This document shows, piece after piece, positions 24,286-35,629 of a DNA stretch of 64,000 nucleotides; positions within the stretch are counted from its first letter, which is position 1, and every line of letters starts with the position of its first letter. Under the pieces are notes generated by a model. That model did no database searches. It saw nothing but the letters and a program-made list of their open reading frames with translations, and was not told the DNA's origin. The DNA lies in assembly GCA_030704615.1 (NCBI GenBank), contig CM060731.1, forward strand, positions 56,172,001-56,236,000, given 5' to 3'. Made by a program: the position numbers and the translations under genes. This DNA comes from Takakia lepidozioides. Taxonomy: Eukaryota; Plantae; Bryophyta.

Positions 24286-26940
24286 CTACTGCAGATAGAC
24301 ATAGTCACCAGGGTTGAATCTCCGAACCCCAGGACGATAGCCCCCACCACGTATGGTAGCATACCTCAACGTATCACGGTGTTGTGCAATGGCAAGGTTC
24401 TCGAAAGCCATGGGCATGACTCTCTTGAACAACTCTGCACGCTGCTCACATGCACGTGCCCATACGTCCGGATCGTCAAGGTTAAGAACTGTAGCAGCTT
24501 CTCTGCGAATGGATGTAGGCAAATCCGGCTCTCGGCCAAAGAGAAGAAATATGGTGAGAAGGAGGCAAGTGATGCTTGCTTGCTGAACCTGTAGCCCATG
24601 GCTAACCAGGGTAACTGAAGGTCCCAATCTCCTAGGTGTCCCTTCTGCAAGCCATACTTGCGCAAACCCCTCTTTACTGTCTGAACAACTCTCTCTGCCA
24701 AGCCATCGGCCTCAGGATGATCCCGAGAAGTGGTGCGGTGGTCTATCAAGGCCTTGTCACACAAAGCCTGAAACTCCCCCAAGAACTCTCTCCCTTGGTC
24801 CGTGAGTACCTCAGCTGGAGCACCGAATCGGCTAAGCACACAATCCAAGAATGCATACGCAGCTCCCTCACTAGCCTTATCAGGCAATGGAACCAATTCA
24901 ATCCACTTGGAGAAGTGCTCCACCATCACCAACACGTACTTGTTGTGGCGCATGGTCAGTGGCAACGGCCCTGCGAAGTCAAGACTCCACCTGTAGCCCA
25001 ATCCCATGATCGGAAGAGGGTGCAATTGTGGAGTAGGGGCGTTGAATGAAGCACGCACCCTGTCACACACCATGCACCTAGCCACAAATTGTTGCACCTC
25101 TGTGTGCATACCACGCCACCAATACTGCCCCTGCAGTAGACTATGAGTGCGTCGCACCCCAAAATGCCCCAACTCCTCATGGGCATGCCGCACTAACCGT
25201 GCCCGCTGTGTTGGGTGAGGCACAATCCTCACTCGACCATCCTCCCACACTCGGAGCAGGTGTGTCCCCTCCCACCTGAACCTCTTGGCTCGTTGTAGGA
25301 TCTGATCCCTCTCCTTGGCAGTCATAGTGGCTGCCGTGTCTCCACTGCGGAGGTAGTCCAACACAACTGAATCCTCATGTATATCTTTGGCGCCACCCTG
25401 CTCATTGCTGGCCTCAGGGTCCTCAGACACTTGATCTACAGTCATCCCTGTTGTAGGTCCAACCTGGCCTTCCGCTGCCAAGATACACAGAAATGCAGAT
25501 GCATGCCATCCGGGCACCATCTCCTCGTCCGTCTCACCATGCCACCGAGCTCCAGTGTCATCCTGCTGGCTCGTGCATGGATTGCGACTCAACCCATCTG
25601 CATTTCGATTGACCAAACCCGGTCGATGCACCACCTGAAAGTCATACTCTTGAAGGATGAGTGCCCACCGTGCAAGCTTCCCCGTAAGCTTGTCTGACTC
25701 CATCAACCACTTGAGTGGTTGGTGATCCGTGACAAGGGTGAAGAGATTGCCGTATAGATAGCACCTGAAGTGTGCCACGGCCCACACTGCAGCTAAGCAT
25801 TCTCCCTCATATGAGCTATACTTAGACTCTGCAGCATTGTTCGAGCGGCTAGCATAAGCCACTACGAACTCTCTTCCCTCATCATCCACCTGTGTGAGCA
25901 CCGCTCCAAGCCCCAGCATGCTCCAATCTGTATGCAGCTGAAAAGGACGCCCCCTGATAGGTCGTCTCAAGATGGGCGCCGAGGTCAACCTCGCCTTGAG
26001 CTCTTGAAAAGCTTGTTCTTGCTCATCTTCCCACTGCCACTCCTGGTCCACCTTGGTCAGCTTGGTTAGAGCCTTTGCAATGGCACTAAATCCCTTAACA
26101 AACCGTCTGTAATAGTTTGCTAACCCCATGAAAGCTCGAACTCGGCTCACATCCGTGGGGCGTGGAACCTGTGCAATGGACTCTACCTTAGTCTGCTGTA
26201 CCCCCAATCCTCCAGGATATATCATGTGACCCAGATACTCAATCTGGTTGTGGAAAAACTTGCACTTGCCCGGATGTAACTTCAATCCGTGCGTCCTCAA
26301 GCGCTCAAATACCCCCTGAAGGTGTCTCTCATGCTCCTCCACCGTAGCACTAAAGATGATGATGTCATCTATGTAGCACCGAGCAAACTCCACCCCTGCT
26401 AGAATCCTGTCCATGACTCTTTGAAACTCAGCGGGAGCGTTTTTAAGCCCAAATGGTAAGAACCGCCACTGGTATAGGCAATCCTTCCCGTGCTCATTGA
26501 TCCCCCAGAATGCCGTCTTTTGCTTATCCGCCTCCTTGATCGGCAACTGGTGATATCCGGATCGTAAATCCAACGTGCTAAAGACCTTGGAATGCCCAAT
26601 GGCATCAAAGATCTCCTCTGGTGTTGGCATGGCATACCTATCGGACTTGGTCTGACGATTTACAGGCCGGTAATCACCGCACATACGTCTCTCCGTCCAA
26701 TTGCCATAGACATCCTTCTTAGCTGGCATCACTGTGGCTGAAGCATACTCTCCACCAGAGAGCTCCACCAAACCTGCCTCCCAGAGATCTTGAGTCCTCA
26801 TCTGAATCAAAGACCTCTCCATGTCACTGTATCTATAGGGTCTCCGAAAGATTGGCGTGTCAGTGGCCAACTCAATACGGATCTCTTGACCCTTCAGTGC
26901 TCCCAAGTCCTTCAAACTGAAGGCAAAGCAATTCCTGTAA
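24286..26940 (-). CDS. Gypsy reverse transcriptase, RNase H and integrase
   Basis: RMCGDYRPVN, LDLRSGYHQ, LPFGLKNAP and YIDD (RT); LHTDWS..YEGECLA..VTDHQPL (RNase H); HEELGH..CMVC, SLDF, LTDQG and DGLAER (integrase). One frameshift near 24545. Confidence 0.96.
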
Positions 26941-27384
26941 GCCCTCAGGAACCGCCGTATACGTCGTCTCTCTCCTCCGGTGACAATGGGTCCAATGTCA
27001 GGCTCCCAATTGTCCTCCGTAACTGCAACCTTAAGTCCAGTGGGCTTAGAGGTAGAGGACGCGTCCCGTGGTTGCTATGCTGCAACCTCTTGAGCAGTAC
27101 CCCTTCCTGCTCAGTCAATGACAAGGCCTCATCCTGCCCCATCATCTCATCATTGAGAACCTCCTCATCCCGAGAAGAATCCCCAACCTCATCCATCACA
27201 GCTGCCTTCGCTGCCAACTCCCTCTGAACCTCGAGCACCTCCCACGTGTGCCATGGATGTCTACACCTCGTGGTCCTCACCGGCTCGCCCCCACTCGCTG
27301 CCTGTACCGTCTCGGTAGGCAGAGAGACCGTCAAGGGAAGTGCACTCCGCACTCTACGTTGCTCAGCCATAGCCAAGCTGACAA

Positions 27385-28330
27385 TCCAGGTCAAGCAATT
27401 GAGATCCATTGCTTGCCCCAACACCTGACGACGTGATGCCTCAGAAAGAGAAGGCACCGCCGTGGTCCCAGTGGAAAACCCCATAGCCCGCTCTCGCTCG
27501 TCGGCATTAGGCTCCACTAACTGCTGCAACTGAGCATCCCACAAGAGGCCAGGTCCACCATCCCGAAAAGCATGGGATCCTGGGAAGCTGAGCAGTGTAG
27601 GTAATGCTGCTCGTGGTTGACCCACCCTGTTGACCACTGCCAAAGGCGAACGGTCATCGTGTCTCACACGTTGAGACTGCCTTCCTGTGTCCAAAATGCC
27701 ATCCACGGTGAGGTGTGCTGGCCGCTGCACCCCATCAAATGCACGCTTGAGCAGTGCGGGTGGCATCAAGTTAGTCCACCATAGTCGTGGACGATGAGCC
27801 CGTGACCCCACTGCAGCTGCATCCAGCAACACTGCTGACCCAAGCCACGACCGGACTTGATGCACACTGGCCATCACCCTGGCCCGAGAATCACCCATCA
27901 GTGGCACATTCTCCAAGATGTATGCTGGAGATACAGCTTGATGAAGCTGCAAGCGCGCAAAATCCGCACCATCTCCCAAAACAGACCCGTCCTCGAGTCT
28001 CGCAATCCATTGCCATGCCCGGCTGATGAATGCCCTTGGCAGGGCCAACCTGCCACTACCAGATCAATGGAGCCAACCTGCTCCAAATCTTGCGCCCCCA
28101 ACAACGGAAATGTCTGCTGGCAAGGCTTGTTGGTATCCACGAACTGCAGACACAGGCAACAAGTCAGGGTACTGCTGTACCAACTGAGCCACATGGCGCA
28201 GTGAGACGCGTCGTGCAGTCTCATCCCTCTCCACATACAGGTAACGCCTTACCCGCACACCTGCCTGTAGCACAGCAGCCAATCCGGTGCTGATCCCGCC
28301 AAACAAGTCCAGAAGGCAAATGCCTTCATC
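27385..28330 (-). CDS. DNMT3-like C5 cytosine DNA methyltransferase domain embedded in Gypsy pol (two frameshifts)
   Basis: Motif I LLDLFGGISTG (~28316), motif II YVERD, motif IV DLVVAGWPCQ (PCQ at 28044-28036), TGLFWE, motif VI YILENV (ENV at 27913-27905), motif VIII SRAHRPRLWWTNL, motif IX ERERAMGF and motif X RRQVLGQAM. Order and wording parallel DNMT3. Confidence 0.92.
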
Positions 28331-29378
28331 CGGCCGCTGCCACACAAGAGGTGTGGTGTCCAATGGACAACTGAGGTGGCCCTGGTGCAATCACCGCACT
28401 CTCCTCCTCTCCTGACGGTACAAAAGCTTCTACCCAAGCTTGTTGCACCCGTCCATCAGCAGCTTGCTGCAAATCCTTGCTCGTACCCCACAACGGAGTG
28501 TGAGCAACCATGGCAGGCAACTCCGCCGTACCATGCATGTCATCCTGCTCTGCTGGAGGTGGCACATCCTCTGCATGGGCATTGCCTTCCAGCAACTCTC
28601 CAGGCCAACTAACTGCAGCTGTGAAGGCGGCTAGTGTTGGCATCTTGCCCCGCTGGGCAGCTGCAATACCCCCAATGAATGTCACAGGGAGCTGTGCACG
28701 GCGACCATCCCCTGACTGCCATCCAGGCCTGTAGGATGCTGACTCCTCCCAGAAATCCAGGGTGAAGCCCATGGGGTATAACACTGCCCCACCAACGAGG
28801 ACATCGTAAGAGACCGCGTCTGTCACAATGGCCTTGGCTCGCATCACTGAGCCATCTACAGGATGATCCGGCTGCAGTCTAATAGCCAACTGATGCCGTG
28901 TCATGCCGCGAGCCTGCTCTGATCCTCCCAGAGATGTCTGTATCTGGAAAGGACAAGGCTCCATATCCGCCTCCATGAGGCCCAAACCTGCAATAGCAGC
29001 TCTGCCCAACATCAGTGGCTGAGCTCCTGAGTCCAACAAGACCCGCAGTGGCCGGTACTTCTTGCCTGCCGGTCCACTCAAAGTGAAAATGCCTCCCTGG
29101 TTGTCTAACAAGACAACTCCAGGTGTCACCATGGCGCGCTCAAAGGCTGGCCTAGCTGGCAGCTCCGTCAACCTGGCAGCTGCAGCTTGCCATGGCGCAG
29201 CCGTGGCAGTCTTGACCCTCAAATCCGAGGATCCCTCTGCCACTACACCTTCCACTAACTCCGCAGAAGATGAAGTGACCTCCCCACTCTCACAGAGTGT
29301 TGCTGCTAGTCTGAACACTGCAGCTGGTCTCACCCCCGGCGTCGCAATCATGTTGCCGAGAACAGTGGGGCTTGACAC
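28326..29378 (-). CDS. Gypsy aspartic protease region
   Basis: RVLLDSGAQPLML catalytic motif and a downstream YDVLVGG motif. Confidence 0.85.
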   Translation of the reverse strand: MSSPTVLGNMIATPGVRPAAVFRLAATLCESGEVTSSSAELVEGVVAEGSSDLRVKTATAAPWQAAAARLTELPARPAFERAMVTPGVVLLDNQGGIFTLSGPAGKKYRPLRVLLDSGAQPLMLGRAAIAGLGLMEADMEPCPFQIQTSLGGSEQARGMTRHQLAIRLQPDHPVDGSVMRAKAIVTDAVSYDVLVGGAVLYPMGFTLDFWEESASYRPGWQSGDGRRAQLPVTFIGGIAAAQRGKMPTLAAFTAAVSWPGELLEGNAHAEDVPPPAEQDDMHGTAELPAMVAHTPLWGTSKDLQQAADGRVQQAWVEAFVPSGEEESAVIAPGPPQLSIGHHTSCVAAAG

Positions 29379-29414
29379 ACAGAGGTGGCTGCCCCCAATA
29401 ACACACCGGCTGCA

Positions 29415-31270
29415 CTAGCCTTGGCAGCAGGTGTCATGCTGCACGTGTAGCTCTCCCCAATGGCATAGTAACCTCCGCCTCGGTAACAGTCGGGCGAGAA
29501 CTAGGTGCCATGGATGGCGTCGACACAGTCTCCGCCAATGTGAATGACTGAGGAAGCCTGCCTGACGGCTTGCCTCCCCACGCTGTGGATCCAATTCCAC
29601 CTCTGCACCTCGTGGCTCAGGAACTCGTGCTGCTCCTCGAGTCACGGCTGCAGCAGACTCCACCTGCTCTAGTGGTAGTGCTGCTCCGCACATGAATCCC
29701 ATGCCTCCCATATCTCCTCCCTCAGGAGCAGGAGGTGGACCATCCCGCCTGGGAGCCGGTACCGCCTGAGCTATAGCCATGGCAGCGAGCCTCTGCTCTA
29801 GCTGCTGAAGCCGGTTGGCCATGCCTTGATCAACACCCTGACCTCCGCGTCCTTGGCCATGTTGAGCTTGCCCTTGGCCTGCACCTCGTGCCCGACCACC
29901 TCGTCCTCTCTGGGCTGGTCCACCTCGCCCCCGGCCACCATTGTTCCCTTGGAACTGGCCTGGGCGCAACTCAGGATGCAAGTCATAACACTGGGCATCT
30001 CCATGCCCATACTTGCCACAATGCCCACACTGCAACTGTGCAGGCTGTGCTTGTGCCGGCCTTCTGCCACTCTCTGGGCAATCTCTCTTGACATGGGGTC
30101 CTCCACATGTCCAACATATCACCCCTGGTTGCTGTTGGCCTGCAAAAGATGCCACGGGCCTCTGCACCTGAGGTCCCCTGTAAGCTCCATGGAACTTGGG
30201 CTGGGCAACCTTGCCCCCCTGACCACGCTGTTGGGCAGTCCCTTGTGCTTGTGGGCTGACAGCTGTGCCCCGTACAGGCATGTCCTTGCCAAATCCAATT
30301 GTAACAACTCGCTCCTCCACCATGTTGAGCTCAATCCGCTCAGCCAGCAGAAACACATCTGCTAATGTGGGTTGGGCTGCTTGTAACAGGGTTGCATCTC
30401 GCACCCTTCTCTTGAGCTCCTTGTCCAGAATTCCATACCAAAACTGGATTGCCTGAGCTTCAGTAACCCCTTGGGTCACACTTATCAAGCGCCTCATACG
30501 AGTGTACGCCTCTCGCAGGCTCTCACTGGGTTTGCGCTGGAAGTCTTGCAAACTTCGCAGCTTCTCTGTCCGTACACCTTGGTAGTTCCTCCGCAACTCC
30601 TGGAAGAACTCCACCACCGGGTTGAATCTAGGCACATGTGTTGTAGTGTGGCAGGAGGAGTAGTAGCACCTTTTGAACTGGTACCACCTGCAGAAGTACC
30701 AGCACTACCTGCTCCACTACTAGTGCTGGCAGTGGGAGCTATTGGTACTGATGCAGCTACTGGTCGCGTCGTGCCTCGAGTAATGGAGACGTAGTCAGGT
30801 GACCAATACATCCTCCACTCCTCAATCTCTGCTTCATGTCCTCGCCTGAACTCGTGGTAATCGTCCATAGGCGGGCCTTCCAAATGCTGGAACAGTCCCT
30901 TCCACGCCATGAATGGGGTGAATAGCTGTGGATTGCGCATCTGCTGCAAATCACACCAGCTGTCGAACTCCTGGATAAAGTCATCCAACTCGATTGTGCC
31001 CACAGCTCCAGAGTACCTACGAGGCCCCTTGGTAGCTCCATACATCTCCTCCATGTCGTCCCACAACAATGGCGAATGAAAGTGCACACCTGTTGATGAA
31101 GCCTCCGAGTCTGTGTCTGACTCTACAGTAATTGAGGGTGGCGGTGAAGGTGGTCTGAACCGAATACCTCGTCTTGTGAACCCACTCTCACTGTTACTGC
31201 CTGTAGCCGTACTCCCCTCAAAACCCTTGGGTAACTCCGTAATGACACTCACAATGTGCACCTCCTCCAC
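29415..31270 (-). CDS. Gypsy gag with two zinc knuckles (frameshift near 30630)
   Basis: Retrotrans-gag-like FQRKPSESLREAYTRMRRL, knuckles CWTCGGPHVKRDC and CGHCGKYGHGDAQC, and an RG-rich tail. Confidence 0.85.
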
Positions 31271-31790
31271 GTGACACTATAAGGCTCTAGTACTAATCTA
31301 ATAGTGACACGGGTGGGCACCTGTTGCAGTTTTAAGGGTCATATCCCAATGGCTCAGGGCACCTGCACCTGCATCCACCGCAAGAACTCCTATGGTTGGC
31401 TGGTCATCAACCCAGCCTCACCATAGAAGAAACACTGGTGGTCTTGCTGGTCATCACTCCAGCCTCACCACCGACAGCATACTCTAGGATTGACCGGTGA
31501 TCAAATCCGGCCTAATCCCTATGAAAGTAAGCGCCCACACAAAACCAACATGGCGCACAGTCAAGCATGCAGGTGTTGGGGGGGATCCAAACACAAGAAA
31601 TCAAAACATCAACACCCCCACACCAAAATCCAGCTGCAATGCTGATCCTGCAGAATATCCCAGCCCAAAACCCCGGACTGACTGGCCTCCACCAAGAGAG
31701 GCTTTGGCAACTACAAGTACAAGGTAATGAAAATAGTACAGAGATGGAGAGGAAGAATAGAAGCCCGACCAAGCAAGATCTAATCCTGAT

Positions 31791-32540
31791 CTATGCTATC
31801 AACTGCCAGACTTCTCTCAAAGTGCCTCGCTCTGCATGATGGTAAGGTGTAGGAGGTATATCTATGTCCAGAAACCTGCCACTAACCTTGTCCCAAGCTA
31901 CAGTAGCTCGCTCTAACCAACCCTCCTCCTCTTTCTGCCAGGTAGAGACAAAGCAATACTCCCCTATCTCCCGCTCATTGAACACTAAAGAAAACAAAGG
32001 TAGGGTCTGATAGTCTCTCAACTCGAAAGCTTTGAGATGGTTGCGGGTGTCCTCATTGCGAATGACTGCATCTCCTTCACGCACAACAAACATGTCATTG
32101 CTGATGAACCCCCGCTCGTGGTTGCCCTGTGTAGAGCGTATCCGGCTGCAACCATGTCTGATTGCACAAACTTGTGTAGCTCTTGCTCCTCTGCTCCAGT
32201 ACACCACGGCCTTGTGGCTGAACACCTTGGTCCCCGGGGCTGTCTTTGGCTGTGTTCCAAGCCTAGCTTTCACCCACTTTGGTATTTCACCTACAGCTGC
32301 AGAACTGCTGGCTCCAACAGAGTTCTGACTGTCCAAGGCGATATTGAGGCCCTCAATGTCAACTACAGCAGTCTGTTGTCTACTGCTAATGCCTGACTCC
32401 CAGTATGCAATCAACTCGTCCAACTGTTCTCCACTCAAATCAGTCTGAGTTCCTTGGGAAACATAAATCCTGTCCCCTTGTGTGCACAGGCTAAGAGAAG
32501 AGACCTGCCCTTCAATTACGTCCTCATTTCCCCCAGCCAT
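31791..32540 (-). CDS. Uncharacterised 249-aa ORF upstream of gag
   Basis: ATG-initiated, uninterrupted, on the same strand as gag-pol and inside the presumed element. No family recognised. Confidence 0.5.
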   Translation of the reverse strand: MAGGNEDVIEGQVSSLSLCTQGDRIYVSQGTQTDLSGEQLDELIAYWESGISSRQQTAVVDIEGLNIALDSQNSVGASSSAAVGEIPKWVKARLGTQPKTAPGTKVFSHKAVVYWSRGARATQVCAIRHGCSRIRSTQGNHERGFISNDMFVVREGDAVIRNEDTRNHLKAFELRDYQTLPLFSLVFNEREIGEYCFVSTWQKEEEGWLERATVAWDKVSGRFLDIDIPPTPYHHAERGTLREVWQLIA

Positions 32541-32791
32541 GCAAGGAGTACATCCACAGATTTGTCTCTCATATAGACCAGCACAGGTTCTAGAGACAGG
32601 ATTGTGGATCTTTTATGGCACACTCACACTCTAAAAATTCCATAGATTTTCAGCAGAGTCCCAAAAACAGAAACCAGGTCTAGGTAGGTAGATTTCCCCT
32701 TTCTGCAGCTATCCTCCCAAAAACTGAGTCAAACGGAGTCCATCTGACAAAGTTATGACCAGTTAGGCTCTAAATCATTTAAATTAGATCA

Positions 32792-32839
<48 letters not shown>

Positions 32840-32845
32840 CGAAAA

Positions 32846-32865
32846 CGTTCTCACCATTAAAAACT
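32846..32865 (-). other. Possible primer-binding site and 5' LTR end of the Gypsy element
   Basis: The - strand reads ..GGGAACA gtttttaa TGGTGAGAACG (CA end followed by a TGG-initiated PBS-like sequence). The cognate tRNA was not identified. Confidence 0.3.
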
Positions 32866-33003
32866 GTTCCCACGTCTTTTGGGATTCACTGCAGGTTCCC
32901 TAAGAATTCCTTGGACTCCTTCTTCAAACCTTCATAATAGCTTTTTCCAAGGTTAAAGCAGGTGAAGCCAATGTCAACACAGAGGCCACGGCTTTGGGAA
33001 GAC

Positions 33004-33080
33004 GGAATGAATGGCGATGTTCTGCTGGAACTCCAGGGAAGCAAGAGCTGCTGCTGCCGGGAGGTCAGGGTGGACGAGGC
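33004..33080 (+). pseudogene. Upstream piece of the same Obg GTPase sequence
   Basis: GDVLLEL-PGKQELLLPGGQGGRG. In Obg this immediately precedes (NAS)FKTGRNK, which is found at 23826 on the opposite strand. Confidence 0.7.
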
Positions 33081-33480
33081 ATCGCTGTCCAAACCACACC
33101 ACACATATATGCACAATAAAGTAGTCTGCCACAATCGCCCCCCTAACTGGTGGATAGGTCCCTCTACCTCCAGATAGCTACAAGATGTAATAGCCACAGC
33201 TGTACTAAGTCCTCTATCACTGTCCCTATTGTACTCAAACTCTATAGACCAAGAGGCCGGGTACAAGAGTAGCCCCATCGTTAGTCGCCATTATATACCA
33301 ATCCGACATTACCTGACTACAGACACAAGCAGCACACACAAGAGGTCATTTTGGGTTGATGGTCGGCCAAATCCTCCATGGGTCATGACACAAGGTCAAG
33401 GACAATGTGGTGAGGGCACATTCTTCGACCTATTTCAGCCTGTTTTGCCCTCTCATCAGACTCAGCCCTGAGATGCATAT
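33081..33480 (+). repeat. Continuation of the repeat module broken at 21836
   Basis: 33081-33135 is identical to 21409-21463. 33130-33210 resembles the reverse complement of 15385-15475. Confidence 0.7.
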
Positions 33481-33589
33481 TGAATTCTGTAAGTTAGCTC
33501 GTTGGGTACCATGATTTGGTATGATGTTTACAAGGTTTTTGGGAGAGTAAGCTTGGTCTTAGCAGGCCGTGCCCTCCAAGGTCACGTTC

Positions 33590-34894
33590 ATTCTACTCTC
33601 AAGGCATGTGCCAGCAAAGGTGCCTTGGAAAAAGGAAAACAGGTCCAAGCTGACATTTTGAAAGCTGGAATTGCACCAATGTCATTTTAGAGACTGCCCT
33701 TGCCGCCATGCGGGCCAAGTGTGGGAGCATGAAGGATGCCCGTCGAGTTTTCGACAATATGGCTGGACGAGATGTGGTTTCATTGTGCGATGATTGCTGC
33801 AGGATATGCTCGTTTGCAAAGCGTGTCCAAGCCTGGCAGCCCTGGAAAAGGGCGAAGAGGTGCATGGCGACATCGTCAGAGCTGGAATTGTACCAGATGT
33901 GATCCTGAACTCTGCCCTGGTGGACATGTATGCCAAATGTGGGTGCATGGAGGATGCAAAGGGAGTGCGACAATATGGCTGAATGAGCTGTGGTGTCGTG
34001 GAATGCAATGATCGCAGGATATGCACAACATGGTTGTCATAGGAAGGTCCTGCAACTATTTGAAGGAATGCAAAAGAGCGGCTTGAAGCAGTATGTGTTC
34101 TCTCTGCATGCAACCACACTGGCCTTTTGAATGAAGGTAGACGCTACTTCAATTCCCTGATTCAAGATCATGGTGTCACTCCGACAATATAGCACTTTGG
34201 CTGCATGGTGGACCTTCTTGGACGTGCGGGACAACTGAATAAGGCAGTGGACCTGATTAATAAAATGCCAATCAATCCAGATGTTGTGGTGTGGAAGGCC
34301 TTGTTTAGTGCCTGCAGAATCCATGACAATGTAGAGATGGCTCAACGTGCGGCAACATCTATCCTCAAGTGGAATGAACAGGATGCCGCGACTTATGTTG
34401 CTATCAAACATCTATGCTGCAGCTGGCAGGTGGGTTGATACTGTAAAGGTGAAAAGAATGATGAAGGTCAGAGGGGTTGAAAAGGAGCCAGGTCGCTGCT
34501 GCATTGAGGTTTGCAACAGGGTGCACACCTTTGTTGTAGATGACAAGTTACATCCCAGAATTAAGGAAATCCATGCTGAGCTGAGAAGATTGTCTGGGAA
34601 GATGAAGGAGGCGGGGTATGTGCCTGACAGGCGCTTTGTATTGCATGATGTGGGGAGGAGGAAAATGAATTTTCTCTTTGCCACCACAGTCAGAAGCTGG
34701 CCATTGGTTTTGGGCTGATCAGCATGACCCCTAGGACGCCTCTCCATCTCATCAAGAATCTTCGAGTGTGTGGTGACTGCCACACCTCCACCAAATTCAT
34801 CTCAAAGATTGTTGGCCGAGCAATTGTTGTACGGGACGCTAACCGCTTTCACCACTTTGAAGATGTGATTTGTTCTTGTGGTGATTACTGGTGA
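33590..34894 (+). pseudogene. PLS-E-DYW PPR RNA-editing factor pseudogene
   Basis: Frameshifted PPR repeats, [40 protein letters not shown] and CSCGDYW* (TGA 34892-34894). Confidence 0.92.
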
Positions 34895-35629
34895 AAGGAT
34901 GTCTTCTTGGAAAAATGCGAGTGTCTTGCTTCATTCATTGATCTGTGACTTAGCTACTCACACCATCCACCATTTCCCGAAAGTATTGACCATGATGTAT
35001 TGTTGAGTGCATTTCCTGTGCCATAAATCCACAGGAAATGATAGTGAGGTCTACCCGGCATAGGTGGGAAGTCAGCCCACAATTGCACTTGACTGAAGGG
35101 GTGATTTTTTTATTGATTCTGGTGACAGTGGATGGAAATCAGAGTGCTGTCCTAATTCTGGGTTTGGGTGGTGGAGCTTCTCCAAAGCTTCAAGATGGAA
35201 GTGAATACGAATTTTAATGAGCTTGATGAGAGGGGCAGCCCTGTGCACAAGTTTGTTCAGCATCTTAAATTTGGACATGTTTGTTTGTTTGGATGGAGCC
35301 CTTGACGAACTTGCATGAATATTGTCAAAAGCTAGCGTTAACCCACCAAGATCCAATCCCATGGTGGATGCTTGAAAGTTCATATAGTGATTGTAAGGGT
35401 ATTTGGGTATGTTGATATTGATTGATGCGGCTTGTGAAAATTGAATGGTGAAATGCAGATCCACCATTTTTCTTCCAGAAAAAAACAAAACACGGGATCT
35501 CTGCATGTACCACCGTGGGGATAATCCAGCCCCTTTTTTTGTGAAAAATTGAACATAGTTCTCAGAATTCGTCGCTAGTAGTGTGGAGCAACACGAAGCC
35601 CTAGTGAATCTCAATATGAAGTATCAACT

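Larger units (their letters stand above)
23830..32960 (-). mobile_element. Ty3/Gypsy LTR retrotransposon: extra ORF - gag - PR - DNA methyltransferase - RT - RNase H - IN - PHD; frameshifted, LTRs not recovered
   Basis: Collinear ORF pieces on the - strand in Gypsy order (RT-RH before IN), with about seven or more frameshifts and few in-frame stops. No matching LTR pair seen. Confidence 0.93.

Noticed and set aside
27385-28330. Host DRM/DNMT3 gene or bacterial restriction-modification methylase contamination
   Set aside because: No introns, UBA or other host domains and no DRM motif permutation. It is continuous with the protease and RT frames, with no bacterial neighbours.
26790-30794. Plus-strand ORFs overlapping the Gypsy element
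   Set aside because: Antisense shadows of GC-rich coding sequence with no domain motifs.
32797-32835. Poly(T) as the tail of a retroposed insertion
   Set aside because: No TSD or element body identified. More likely an A-tract in the Gypsy 5' leader.
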